64,000 bases of DNA from Oopsacas minuta (GCA_024704765.1 JAKMXF010000277.1:186001-250000), one strand, 5' to 3'; positions 23,981-35,417 are shown, counted from the first letter of the stretch. Notes: generated from the sequence alone by a model not told the origin. Numbers and translations are program-made.

Positions 23981-26900
23981 TTACGAATCAAATCCTCCTG
24001 AAAAACGAGACGAAACTCTTTGAGTTGCTGGCTGCCTAACTGTAATATTGGATTTATCAAAGCCTGTATAAGGATAAGAACGTTGAGTGCTATTACTAGA
24101 TCGATCAAAGGATGTGCTAGTCCTAGCGTAAATAGGAGTGAATGATTGAGTATGTATAAGGGGAGGTTCGCTAGCAGTGGTTGATGATTCAGTTGATGTG
24201 GCAGGACGTCTGGCGTGCAGGGTCGTTGTGGCTACTCCATCATGTTTCTGACAACATAAACCGATATGATTGGCATACTCTTTGATATCAAAAATGAAAT
24301 CACAGAATACACATTTCGTACAAGCGTGTACTTTTAAGTAGTGTGTTGCAATATCATAGAAAGTTGTTTGAAACGAACACATAGTGCATGTAACTTTATT
24401 TTCTGGTCTAATGAAACTCAAAGTCATGCCCGTAGAATCAAGAAAGCACTTGGACACATGCACAATGGATTTCTTACCGGCCATATATCGGCAAATAGGA
24501 CATACATCACGATAATGTTTGGTCAACATATGATTAGCGAACGAATCAAGACGGTTAGATCCGTTACAAATTGGACAGCGATATCTATGTTGGTTACTGA
24601 ACATGCAACGTAAAATGTGATTTGGGAAAGATTTCCATGAGCATTGTTGGAGGCAGATAATGCAAGTTTCAGTGCTATGTTGATTTAGTATGTGATGACC
24701 GAGTGAGTAGGAATTCTGTAGTGGATAATGGCAAGCACATAAGTGACAAACAATAGGTGATTTATTCAAGCATCGTGAAAGATGATTTGGAAATGTGTTT
24801 GGATCTACAACACGTTGTTTGCACTGAAAACAAATTATTGAGAAATGTACTTGAGCATAGTGTTCGCGTACATTTGGAATAATTCCTTGGAAGTCACATT
24901 GCTTGTCTGGACATTTGAAGGGACGTTGAGTAATCGGTTCGATCAAATTAAGTGCAGAAATATCTGCAGAGTGTGCGGTCATTGTACCCTGAGAAATTTG
25001 CTGAGCGAATGAAATTTCGGGGGTAACGATTTCATCACCATTATCTTTTGGGTCCAAATCTAATTGAGATCGAAATATGCATTTTCCACGTATATGGACG
25101 TCATAACGTTTGGCATAAAGCACACTTTTGCACAGAGGACAAATAACAGTACGGTCAGGAAAAGCTACAGTGGTTGGATCTTTGTCTGATTCAGAGGGTA
25201 AAGGAGCAGGAAGGTCCTTTGAAATATAAAGTTCTGTGGGAAGATATAGCGAAATCTCAGGTTGGATACCATCTTTATCTTTAAACATATGTTCAAGGAT
25301 TGCATATGATTCCTTCGGACTACTTTTGAATGGTTTCTTCAAGGATGTCATCAATGGCTTATCCAAATCAGGATTATAGTTGAAAGAAATTATTGGTAAA
25401 TTAGAACTTCTAGATTTTTCCATGTAGGTATTAGTAGATACTGGTGGAAGATATTCGTCAGATTCTGGGGATACACTATCTCGGTCAAAAAACTCATCAC
25501 GGATATGAAACGGACGACAGATCGGGGAAGAAGATCTAGACCTCTGACTATGTTCAGATTGTGCTGTAGGGACAGATAATCTATTTCTGATGCTTGAACG
25601 TGATACTATCCTCATTGTATCACCATTATCCTCTTGTGCACTTGTCTGAGGCGAAATAGACATCGAAATCGGGCTGTCAACTCGAACAATCTTTTTCTCA
25701 GCATTATCGTTCCTGTCAATCAGTCGAGATGGAAGGTTGATTGAAATTTTAGATGGAGATTTAGAGCGAAGGCGGTAAGTATCGAACCGATCCCTCCCAG
25801 GACCCGATTCCCAAACAGGACTCCTGGATCTATCGCGAAATCGCGTTCCCCTTGTAGGGTCATAACTTGGGCTCACACGATTCACAAGACGAGGTGAAAG
25901 AATCCTTCTTATTGGACTGCGTGACGAATCTCTTGGAGGTGGGCTCCTCCTGGAAGAATATCTATGTGGACTCCTAACGGATGGCCTGTGAGTGTATCTA
26001 AACGGACTTCTCGACAGGCTTCTCATAAAGTTCCTTCCTCTTGTTGGATTAAAACTAACATCCCTCGGAGGGCTGAGTCTTGTATTTATTCCTGGGGAGC
26101 TACCCAACAAAGGACGATCTCTAAAAGGACTACGCCTGGGTGGAGGACTTCTCTGCGGGCTCCGCCTCGGTGGACTTCTTCTGTATGGACTCCGCCTTTG
26201 CGGGCTTCTTCTATACGGACTCCTTCTAGACCAAGGAGAAAGCCTTCGATTAAGAGGACTCCTTCTAGGAGAATTTCTTCTAGATGGGCTCCATCTTCCT
26301 AGACTTCTTCTAGGGCTTCTCCTAGGACTGTGTCTTGGACTCCATCTTGATGTGCTGCGCCTTGGACTTCTCCTTGGGCTTCGTATTGATGGGCTGTGAC
26401 GTGGACTTCTTCTGGGACTTCGCCTGGATGGACTGTAACGTGGGCTCGTCCTAGGGCTGCGCTTTGATAGGTTTCGTCTAGGACTATGCCTACCAGGGCT
26501 GTATCTGGGGCTACGTTTCGGGCTTCTTCTAGGGCTGCGCCTTGATGGACTTTGACGTGGACTTCGTGTAGGACTAGTTCGAGGACTTCTACGTGCAGGG
26601 CTCTTTCTATTTGGACTTCGTCTTAAAGGAATTTTTCTAGGCGGACTCCTTCGCGAAGGACTCTTACGAGATGGGCTCCTTTTCAAAGGAATACGTTTTG
26701 TATCACGCTTTTTAGAAGGTTCAAGTTCTGGACTCAAACCAGGTTGTTGTTTTTCATTCTTCTTACCAAAATGTATTGGACTCCATTGAAAATCTTGTTT
26801 GCTTTGTGAAACTACTGTTTTGATCTTTTTGGGAGTAATAGTTTTACGTGGGATCGGTTTTTCAAAATTCGAGCGAGGACTATCAGGAAAAAGAGTAGGG

Positions 26901-27784
26901 CTAACTCTTATATTGATTATATCTTCTTCAGGATATTGGACCACAACTGGAGCTTCAATTTCCAAAATAGGAGGGACACTGCCTTCTTTTCGGGATTCAC
27001 TCGGGCCCTGATTATCATTAATGGCATCGGAATTAGTCCTTTTTTCGGGTTGTAGATCTGAACATTCAACTTTTGGAGTTTCAACCACAGAACTAAATGG
27101 TAATTGGGAAGTTTTAATCACTGAACCAAATGGCAATTTAGCAGTTTCAACCTCAGAACTAAATGGCATTTCGAGTTCAACTATTTCAGGGATCTCAGTA
27201 ATTTCTGATATTTCTGGAATTAATTCCATATAACCAGGATCAACCGATAAGGAAACCGGTTCCATAAGTTTGGGAACAGATTCTTGTGGGGGAACCTCAG
27301 CCTCATCTTCTATGAGATTTTGTTTTTTCGTCGCAGATCGTTTATTATTACGAATACCTTTCTTAACAGCTTTAACCTTGGTTTTCCCTTTCTTTCGTCG
27401 AGTTGACTTTGTAATTGGGGTAACTATTGGATTAGGAAATTTATTTAAGGATAGCCGATGAATTTTCAGAGTAAACGTAGCGAAAGAATCAAAATTTTCA
27501 GGTGTAATCTTCTTAGCAGTAACAATTTGAGATAGTTGAGTTGAGAGTTCTGCTGGATCATTGATGTCTAACTTAAAATCTTGAAAATCCGAATTATTGT
27601 CGTTTTGTTCAATATAAAGTTGTCCTTCTCCAACGTCGAAATAATTGCGATCACTATTAGATGATGTAGGTGAATTCTTGTCTTGCATTTCGGAAACATT
27701 TTTGCCTTCCAAATCTGCATAGATATCAATTAAGTCCTCTTTCGGACAATTATCCATTGTGAAATGGAAACTTTCGCTAAACAT
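23981..27784 (-). CDS. Large single-exon protein with acidic N-region, SPRR/SPKR Arg-Ser-Pro repeat domain and nine C-terminal zinc fingers alternating C2H2/C2HC
   Basis: Uninterrupted 3.8-kb ORF (first ATG 27784); dozens of SPRR-like motifs at ~26100-26760; CxxC...HxxxxH and CxxC...HxxxC units at ~24250-25145. Confidence 0.85.
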   Translation of the reverse strand: MFSESFHFTMDNCPKEDLIDIYADLEGKNVSEMQDKNSPTSSNSDRNYFDVGEGQLYIEQNDNNSDFQDFKLDINDPAELSTQLSQIVTAKKITPENFDSFATFTLKIHRLSLNKFPNPIVTPITKSTRRKKGKTKVKAVKKGIRNNKRSATKKQNLIEDEAEVPPQESVPKLMEPVSLSVDPGYMELIPEISEITEIPEIVELEMPFSSEVETAKLPFGSVIKTSQLPFSSVVETPKVECSDLQPEKRTNSDAINDNQGPSESRKEGSVPPILEIEAPVVVQYPEEDIINIRVSPTLFPDSPRSNFEKPIPRKTITPKKIKTVVSQSKQDFQWSPIHFGKKNEKQQPGLSPELEPSKKRDTKRIPLKRSPSRKSPSRRSPPRKIPLRRSPNRKSPARRSPRTSPTRSPRQSPSRRSPRRSPKRSPRYSPGRHSPRRNLSKRSPRTSPRYSPSRRSPRRSPRHSPSIRSPRRSPRRSTSRWSPRHSPRRSPRRSLGRWSPSRRNSPRRSPLNRRLSPWSRRSPYRRSPQRRSPYRRSPPRRSPQRSPPPRRSPFRDRPLLGSSPGINTRLSPPRDVSFNPTRGRNFMRSLSRSPFRYTHRPSVRSPHRYSSRRSPPPRDSSRSPIRRILSPRLVNRVSPSYDPTRGTRFRDRSRSPVWESGPGRDRFDTYRLRSKSPSKISINLPSRLIDRNDNAEKKIVRVDSPISMSISPQTSAQEDNGDTMRIVSRSSIRNRLSVPTAQSEHSQRSRSSSPICRPFHIRDEFFDRDSVSPESDEYLPPVSTNTYMEKSRSSNLPIISFNYNPDLDKPLMTSLKKPFKSSPKESYAILEHMFKDKDGIQPEISLYLPTELYISKDLPAPLPSESDKDPTTVAFPDRTVICPLCKSVLYAKRYDVHIRGKCIFRSQLDLDPKDNGDEIVTPEISFAQQISQGTMTAHSADISALNLIEPITQRPFKCPDKQCDFQGIIPNVREHYAQVHFSIICFQCKQRVVDPNTFPNHLSRCLNKSPIVCHLCACHYPLQNSYSLGHHILNQHSTETCIICLQQCSWKSFPNHILRCMFSNQHRYRCPICNGSNRLDSFANHMLTKHYRDVCPICRYMAGKKSIVHVSKCFLDSTGMTLSFIRPENKVTCTMCSFQTTFYDIATHYLKVHACTKCVFCDFIFDIKEYANHIGLCCQKHDGVATTTLHARRPATSTESSTTASEPPLIHTQSFTPIYARTSTSFDRSSNSTQRSYPYTGFDKSNITVRQPATQRVSSRFSGGFDS

Positions 27785-28329
27785 TAAATCCAATCATGAA
27801 TTACCTTTAAAAATATCATGGACAAAACTCACATAATACACATACCTTAATAAATAGTGATATACAGAGTACAAAGGTAAATAAGCTTACCTAATTAGTA
27901 GAGTTGTGCTAATCAAATGAAATTATGTATAATACCAGCTAAATATGGATACCCAATGGTCAATGTACCATGAGGAAATTAGAAGAGAACAAGCAGTAGT
28001 AGTGCGAGGATCTGGAAGATTCAGGGTCGACACGGAGCGAGGATTTTCAAATCCAGGGCAAATGGAACCGCCACTAGAATACATTGTGCTAATCGGATAC
28101 TTCGCCACCAAATATTTCATCCATAACATCATCGTTTGAATCACTTTATTCCTCGGATTTGTTCTGAGCTGCACATTTGGGGTATTTTAGTGATATCAGA
28201 TCTTTGGATGAGGTCTGAGTCTGGGCGTTTTGGTTTTGATTTTTGGTGCGAATATGTATTCCAAGCGACATAATCTCCAGCTGACAAAGTGTCCACAAAC
28301 AATTCACAGTAAGTTAAAGGATAGCATCA

Positions 28330-29170
28330 TGGCCAGCAATTGCAAACAAAATTTGAAGGAATATAGGTATTTGCGTCAAATTAATTGACATAGAGCCACT
28401 CAGGAAATACCATATGATACTATCAAATATTTCCATCCATCCATTATTCAATTAAGGCATAACTACGCATTCCGTGTCCATAGAAGGAATTATAACATAT
28501 GATGTGTTAAAATATTCATATAAGTTCACTACATAATCATGTTTTGTACTGATAAACTAGCGTAATTAATTGAGATATTTTCTACAAGAAAATGCAGCCG
28601 ATTCCAAGGAATGAACTACAATCAACACTTCATTGGGATTTTAAGAATTTATGATACTCATAATCTGACTGGTCAGTTTTGGCCACGACGAGGATGGGTT
28701 CGCTAAAATTATAATATTTCTAGTGAAATAAAAACCATATAATTGCCTCTGATCTTTCGCGTTGCATGTTTTGTGTTTTCACTGGAAATCATTGTTATAT
28801 AATCATATACAGTTATACACTGGTATTGCATTTCGAGTATGTAAATCGGCACTGCATCAATCTAATCTTATGAGCAAACCCTATAAATTTGTATTATGCC
28901 AGAAGCATATTTACCAACCAGAGTCCAACCCTTTCTCAAATTTCCCTGGATTTTCAAGTTATCCATAAATAACAATTTCAAGCTATTATTTGGGGAAAAG
29001 GCACATAAATTCGTAAATACTTCCCCTGATTTCTTGCAATATCCGGGATCCAGGGAGGGTTGTATGAGGAAGACAGTGGAGTTGGGTACCATTATGAAAA
29101 AAAGATTGCATATGCGCCTGGATATAATAAAACATATCCAAATGTATTCACAAGTACAGTCAACTCTGGG
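28330..29170 (-). pseudogene. Possible decayed third copy of the 8-TM class-F-like receptor
   Basis: WICFIISRRICNLFFIMV (TM0-like), YCKKSGEVFTNLCAFSP (C-x-C-x-F-P linker), GWTLVGKYASGIIQIYRVC (cf. WPFVGSLKFTHIGIFFVTC), then in-frame stops. Confidence 0.3.
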
Positions 29171-29569
29171 CTAATAATTGCATCAAATTAGCTAAGAGCA
29201 GTTATCAAATTAGCCAAACAATAAATCCATTCCTGCTTTAATTAATTAATTGAGTAAACCTATTAACTAACATGTTGACAAATTAACAGGAATCCACTGC
29301 AATGAAAATATCAAGAAATATCACCAAAATATAATACCCTAAGGTCAATAGTTAGTGAAAACTAAAGTACGTATTTGGTGAATAAATTTAAAATATGTTG
29401 ATTATCTCAGAAAATTCGGCCATCGTAAGTAAAGTGGATTGTTATCAAAAGTTAGAGCTGTACCCAATCAAATCTGTGTCGAAAGCGTGTCCAGACTTGT
29501 ATCAATCTTGAGTTGATTCTGTCGATGCTTGTTGGTTGAGAGAGTAATCGTGTCACGATTGTATTAAAG

Positions 29570-30300
29570 TGGATGATAATTACATCATCATGAGAAGCAA
29601 TTAAAATATTTTGATACAAAATTGAAATATTTTGACTCACCTTTTGCCACTGGTGTATAGAACAAGAGAATGAACTCAATAGAGATTGTGTGTATAGTAT
29701 AATTCTAATATAAAATCAATGTAAGAAGTATAATGCATAAAGGTATGAAGGATTTTTGGTAGTACAATAATACTGTATAGTGGATACTTGGCGATATTGA
29801 ATAATTATGGGAAAATGATATTCATCAAATGTAAAACGAAGGGAAATTGATGATGACATATAAAACGGAAAATATAATTAATCTGGTATGAGGATTTAAT
29901 ATAAGATTTCTAGAGATTGGATAGAAAGACGAAAGGTCGAAACAACATTATAGTGATTATCCGTCAAAATGAAAGTTCCCAAGTTGGCAATTGTATAAAC
30001 GAATCCGTAATCGAACATGCAAAACTACTATCAACTAAATGTAATAGGTAGGAAATAATCACTTGATAACCCTTGTATAAATGATGAATTAGAAATAATT
30101 GAATACGCCATTGTAATAAGTGATGTGAAAACGCTTGAAGCTTATAAAATAATGAATTGGACATTTTAAAGGTTATAAACATGTAGATGGTAAGAGATAG
30201 TGCATTTGGCTTCGTGAGATTAATACGGAATAAAGTTGAAAGTTAACGAAAAGCACAATAGTGAATAGCTATATTTCCAAATAGCTCAGACAATATTATA
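29570..30300 (-). pseudogene. Decayed class A GPCR
   Basis: One frame with several stops: IIYTRVIK*LFPTYY (TM3/ICL2), YNCQ (ECL2), TRLIIFSVLYVIINFPSF (TM6), SIEFILLFY..KGESKYF (TM7/H8). Confidence 0.45.
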
Positions 30301-30662
30301 AGGCTACTATATAGTGTTGGACAACGAAGTAGAAAGGTGAAAATTAGAAATGCAAATTTTTAATTAATCCTTGTAGATTAGAGATAAGATTGAGAGAATT
30401 AATGTTTCATTCTAGAAATGAGGAAAAAGGTTTTAGATTACTCAAAAAGCCACAACCTATATTGAACGATAAGAACAATTAATTAGTATAGATAAGGAGA
30501 CAATTATAATACTTCATCTTAAGATAAATAAAACAATTGGAAATCTAACAAAGCAAAATGCTAATAGAACAGTCAAGCTATATTTGGTTGAATAAATATA
30601 TCAAGTAATCTTAAAAGTTGGGGACACTATCGCATTTTAACGGTTTAGCGAATAGACTTATG

Positions 30663-30755
30663 CAGTGGTTCCCAACCTTTTACTCGTGGACCCCCTTGCT
30701 GTCGTACACAGGTACCACCAAGGGGCCCATGAATCCCCAGGCTGGGAACCGGGTG
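30663..30755. mobile_element. hAT (Charlie-like) MITE
   Basis: CAGTGGTTCCCAACC ... GGCTGGGAACCG; same family as 33313, 35264, 42274 and ~61640. Confidence 0.6.
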
Positions 30756-31126
30756 GATTACTGGAGTAAATTATGGGTCATAAATATGGATAATAATTCG
30801 TCGCACTATCTATGTTTTCTAGCGGAAAGATATGAAGGTATACACCAATGTAATCTGCAAGGATTAAGCTATAACAAAAGATGGATATATTCATTCAAGA
30901 AATCCCGTACACCCAAAACAAGACACACATCGTAGAAGTATCTAATCAATTGGGCTGAATTGTTCAGAATCGGGCTTAATCTAAGTCTACAGCAAAAAAT
31001 ATATAATAAGCGAATAATATTGCCAATGATTGTAAAAAGAAGTTTCTAAGCATATGTAGGATACACAAGTATTCGAGTAATGTCTAATTCCTGAAAATGA
31101 AATAATCTAAAAAGTTCGGTAAAACA

Positions 31127-32632
31127 TCAGCTAAACATACGTTTCCCTAATTCCTCGATTTCGTCGAGAACTTTCACCAGATCTGCTTTAGTAATAGCAG
31201 GGTTTGACACAACCATTCGCCAGTAATTGATATTCCTCGGGTGATGAGATCTCTGATATCCAATCATAACGTCACCTTTTTTAACCATCTCAGATTTTAT
31301 ATAAGCAGCTACTGTATCCAATTTCGCGTAGAAATCCTCGTTACGTTCTAAACTACGTAGTCCAGGTGGGATATAGAAAAAACAAATTTGTATAAATTGG
31401 ACACGGAAAACCATTTCAAACCCTTCTCTCTCTTCAACCATTTTACCTAACAACCTCGCATGTTTCACACAAAGCTGAGAATCTTCGCGTACACCATCAG
31501 TGCCTTTGCCTTTCCACCAAATCCAAAGTTTCAACACATCAATATGACGGCCACACTGTATGGATTTATCACCAGTATCAAGACTGGGGTCGTAATTCTG
31601 TTTATCCTGTTGAAACAGATAACGAGCATTCATCGAATTCGCTTCCAGCATAATCCCTTTATGTTTGGGGTTAACTAGAAACGCAGCGCATTGTAATGGA
31701 ACCGTCCAAAGCTTATGAGCATCCCATGAGAACGAATCAATGCTTTCAATCCCTTTGACGTCGTCAGCTAATTCCGGTAGCATAACAGCTGGACCAGCTA
31801 AACATCCATCAACATGATGCCAAATTCCAAATTCCATACACACATCAGCGATTGCACCAATAGGATCTATAGCACCTAAAACAGTAGTGCCCATTGTTGA
31901 AACGACACAAATTGGGTTAGACGAATCCTCCTTCAATTTTAGGATTTTCAGTCTCAAATCCTTTGGAGACATACGACCATCTTCATCACAATTTACCTTT
32001 ACAACATTATCAGTGCCTATACCCATAAGAATCGCGAACTTTCCTATAGAATAGTGTGAATGTTCCGATGTTAATATGACCATATTAGGTAATCCGCGAA
32101 TACCTTTCGTTTTGACAGAAGGAAAAGCTTTATGTCTTGCGCATAATAGGCCATAGAGGTTACACATTGAACCACCGGGGGCTAAAATTGAATCCGTGTC
32201 ATCCCAGCCAAGGAAACTAGCCAACTTAAGACAAACTTCCTTCTCCATTATAGAATACACTGGAGCTATTTCGTATGTAAACATGCTTCCATTAGCAACT
32301 GTAGTGAGAAATTCGCCTGCAAGGGAGTATGGATGGGTGCCCCCGAAAAGTTGGTTGAAAAAGAATGGATGTGTACAACGTACTGAGGTCGATAGGACTT
32401 TTTCACATAATTCTAACAATTTTGATTCGTCCGTCGATTTATCATAAAGAGTGAAGTCAATTTCTGATTTGATTTCTGATGGCAATTTGAAATCGATGAC
32501 CTTAGATTTTCCGGTTGAAGTTTCGACGTAATATTTCTTAACTAAATCGAAAACTTTGTCAAGGAATTTTATATCAGCTGATTTGTCTGTTCGGTTGAGA
32601 TGGCTGTCTACGCATGAAGTCATCGAGGCCAT
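31127..32632 (-). CDS. Group II PLP-dependent acidic amino acid decarboxylase (GAD/CSAD/GADL1 family; CSAD-type specificity residue), intronless
   Basis: HPFFFNQLFGG, MFTYEIAPV, APGGSMCN, TSEHSHYSI, MGTTVLGAIDP, SWDAHK (PLP Lys), TGDKSIQCGRHIDVLKLW. Likely start MASMTS at 32632. Confidence 0.92.
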   Translation of the reverse strand: MASMTSCVDSHLNRTDKSADIKFLDKVFDLVKKYYVETSTGKSKVIDFKLPSEIKSEIDFTLYDKSTDESKLLELCEKVLSTSVRCTHPFFFNQLFGGTHPYSLAGEFLTTVANGSMFTYEIAPVYSIMEKEVCLKLASFLGWDDTDSILAPGGSMCNLYGLLCARHKAFPSVKTKGIRGLPNMVILTSEHSHYSIGKFAILMGIGTDNVVKVNCDEDGRMSPKDLRLKILKLKEDSSNPICVVSTMGTTVLGAIDPIGAIADVCMEFGIWHHVDGCLAGPAVMLPELADDVKGIESIDSFSWDAHKLWTVPLQCAAFLVNPKHKGIMLEANSMNARYLFQQDKQNYDPSLDTGDKSIQCGRHIDVLKLWIWWKGKGTDGVREDSQLCVKHARLLGKMVEEREGFEMVFRVQFIQICFFYIPPGLRSLERNEDFYAKLDTVAAYIKSEMVKKGDVMIGYQRSHHPRNINYWRMVVSNPAITKADLVKVLDEIEELGKRMFS

Positions 32633-33312
32633 ATTTTTTCGGTGAATATAATTACTAACTAGAAATGTAAATACTGGTAAAGTTGAAGGTGTATTGTAGA
32701 TTTTGGTATACAAACAAGAAAAAAGACATACAGATTGATATTTCATGTTTTTACTACGGTAAGTGTATTCGCTAGTGTTTTATTACCAAATTCTAGGATA
32801 TGATTTCATTTTTCGAAGAATTGCAGTGGAATTTCACTCATTAGAAATGCGTTCAATAGCAATTCCTTCTATTAGCAATTTTCATGGAAAGTGCATTTTA
32901 GTACGACTATTGCCATCACTCACCACAATTGAATTGATGAGCGAAATTGCTAATTCATTAACCGAATACCTCCGGGAAATGTGCGATTCTATGATGTCAA
33001 AAAGATGCTAAAATCTTGTTTTTGGTGCGGGAATTGGTTAAAACGAAGTGGTAAAATTTTTAGTGTTCCTTTTGGTTACGAACGTAACACTTCAGCCGTC
33101 ATCGGTAAATTATATAATTAGAAGTAACTCATTGCAGAAATATATGAAAGAATATGTATTCATATTAAGCAATAATGTGGCGGACTAATACGAAGAGCAA
33201 GATATTGTCATTACAAATTTTAAGAAATTAGTATATTTGCCATATACACTTGGAAAAACGAAAAATATGCCTTTGAAGTTAAGCCCCTCGTTTCCTTGCC
33301 TAAGGCCTAGAA

Positions 33313-33364
33313 CAGTGGCTCCTAACCTTTCTCAGCCGTGGACCCCCCAGGTTGGGAACCGCTG
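33313..33364. mobile_element. 52-bp minimal hAT MITE
   Basis: TIRs CAGTGGCTCCTAACC / GGTTGGGAACCGCTG; TSD GCCTAGAA / GTCTAGAA. Confidence 0.8.
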
Positions 33365-34449
33365 GTCTAGAACAACAACTATCGATTGCTCTTTGTCCGC
33401 CAATAGACTGTGCGGTCACTTACATTAACTAAATACGGAAATTCCCTCGTTACACTTCATGTGGTATTATAATTAGTGAATTGTGACAGATATCGTATAC
33501 AATTTATGTAACATCATCGCGCAAAAACACAAAAGACAAGTGAACCTTAAAATCAATCCCATGACAAATGGCTTGATTGACAAGGTTTTTAACAAATTGC
33601 ATTTTGTTGTCTCATCGAAGCGTGAAAACTCGAAAATAGAGTAAAAGCATAGCTCATAATTAGGTGACATTTTAGTGAATATTTGGCGTATAAATAGTGT
33701 TACTGCACGCTAATCATAAATAAAATGTATGGAAGGAGTCATTTGAAAGGTTTCAAAGGACAAAAACGTGAGTTACTATTCTGTCTATTCATATTTTGAT
33801 AATTTGAATTTGAGGTTATTAATTATCCAACAAAATTGGATTATATGTAGCTAATACACTATTAAAGGCTGTTGAAATTCGTACTTCTTATCCTTAGTAA
33901 GTTTTAACTGGAATTAAATCAATTTGGTAAACTTTCGAATAAATTATTCGCTTTATCCAGAGTTTTGTGTTATATACACAAGGCGTTACTGTAATGTAAT
34001 AATTCGACAATTTCCGTAAGAACGGGAATAGCCAAAGAGATCCTATGCGATTGGGATTCGATTTTCTGTTACCATGGCAACCTTGAATTATTCTAAAATA
34101 TATTCAGTAAGGTGACAAGTTCAGCCTCCAATTCAATATTCCATTAGTTAACGATAATTTAATAGAATCCTAGTAAACGTGAATTTTATCGGATTAGTGG
34201 ATGAATATTTATACTTATGGATATTTGCTTACAATCTTAAAACAGCAGAAATATAGTTTCATACAAAATTTTGTATTAGATTCTATGGGAGTGTATATAT
34301 CATTGATAAATAGCTTGTAAGAATGTAACAGTAGTGCCATCCCGCTTTAATTATACTTCTTATTTCTGGTTTTAACCATTAAGACCATTGTTAGTTGTAA
34401 ACTTGTTCAGTTTCACATGCGGTCATTATTTCGCCATTCACTCAGTATA

Positions 34450-34602
34450 CAGTGGAACTTCGTTAATACTATCAAATAATTTACACAAAATCAGGTCCCT
34501 ACAATGGTTATTCAATTGGTATTACTCTGGTTATTAGGAACTCTGGATAAAGCGGACAGATTTTGACCGTCTGTTAGCGTTCGTATTAACGAAGTTCTGC
34601 TG
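34450..34602. mobile_element. pogo-like MITE
   Basis: TA-CAGTGGAACTTCGTTAATAC ... GTATTAACGAAGTTCTGCTG-TA. Confidence 0.75.
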
Positions 34603-35263
34603 TAATCCAGCTACGCTATGTATCAAATGTGATGTAGGCAAGTTGAGCGACTCTCGTGTCGACTGTACTAGCCTTACGAATATACTATAATAATCAAGAA
34701 AATGGTTCAATAATTGTAAGTAAATTAGCCGAAACCAATAATAATCAGCTGGTAATATAATACATATATTTGCTAAGTAATATTGGATTTATTAATGGTT
34801 TTTCTACTTCACTGAATCCTTTAAGTTTAATATAAAATTGCTATTGGTAAGGTAATACTATACAAATGATAGTTGATGGTTAGATACGTTACATCCTGTA
34901 CTCAGGCAGTCTCGGCCCCAGGGGGGGAGGCAAACGGGACATTTACCACGGATTTGAATTCTTGGCCGTTGGCTTGCTCCGGGCTATGCAAAATCCTGGG
35001 ACCGCCCCTGTAAACTCAGGGAAAACACGTTGGAACAAATATGCTCCAATTACAGTTATCCAACTCCTGTTATATCGAACACGGATATACTGAAATGCCC
35101 GCTTATATCAAGTCTAAATCGTACAAATATTGTCCCAAACCGTCAAAATAACACATACAAATATCATCGGTTATATTAATCTCCCATTATATCGAAGAAG
35201 TAATCGCGGTCCCTTGATTATTTCGAATTTATGGCCCGTTTATTCGTGACCTAAAAGTATAGA

Positions 35264-35417
35264 CAGGTGGTTCCCAAATTTCCACTCATGGATCCCCTCC
35301 AATTTCAACACATCCTGTGCCCTCCCTCCAGTAGACAATACTGTAAATTATATCCCGTGGATCCCTGCTGTCGTCCGTTGGCTAAACTGTCTATGGATTC
35401 CAGGTTGGGAACAGCTG
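35264..35417. mobile_element. hAT MITE (Charlie-like family)
   Basis: CAGGTGGTTCCCAA ... GGTTGGGAACAGCTG; TSD not clean. Confidence 0.55.

Noticed and set aside
25964-26399. Plus-strand Leu/Gly-rich and Arg/Ser-rich ORFs
   Set aside because: Antisense shadows of the SPRR repeat region of the minus-strand gene.
31127-32746. Calling the decarboxylase GAD (GABA synthesis), using the 32746 start, or invoking horizontal transfer because it is intronless
   Set aside because: The specificity residue is CSAD-like; the first ~38 codons look like AT-rich UTR; motifs are animal-type and many neighbouring genes are also intronless.
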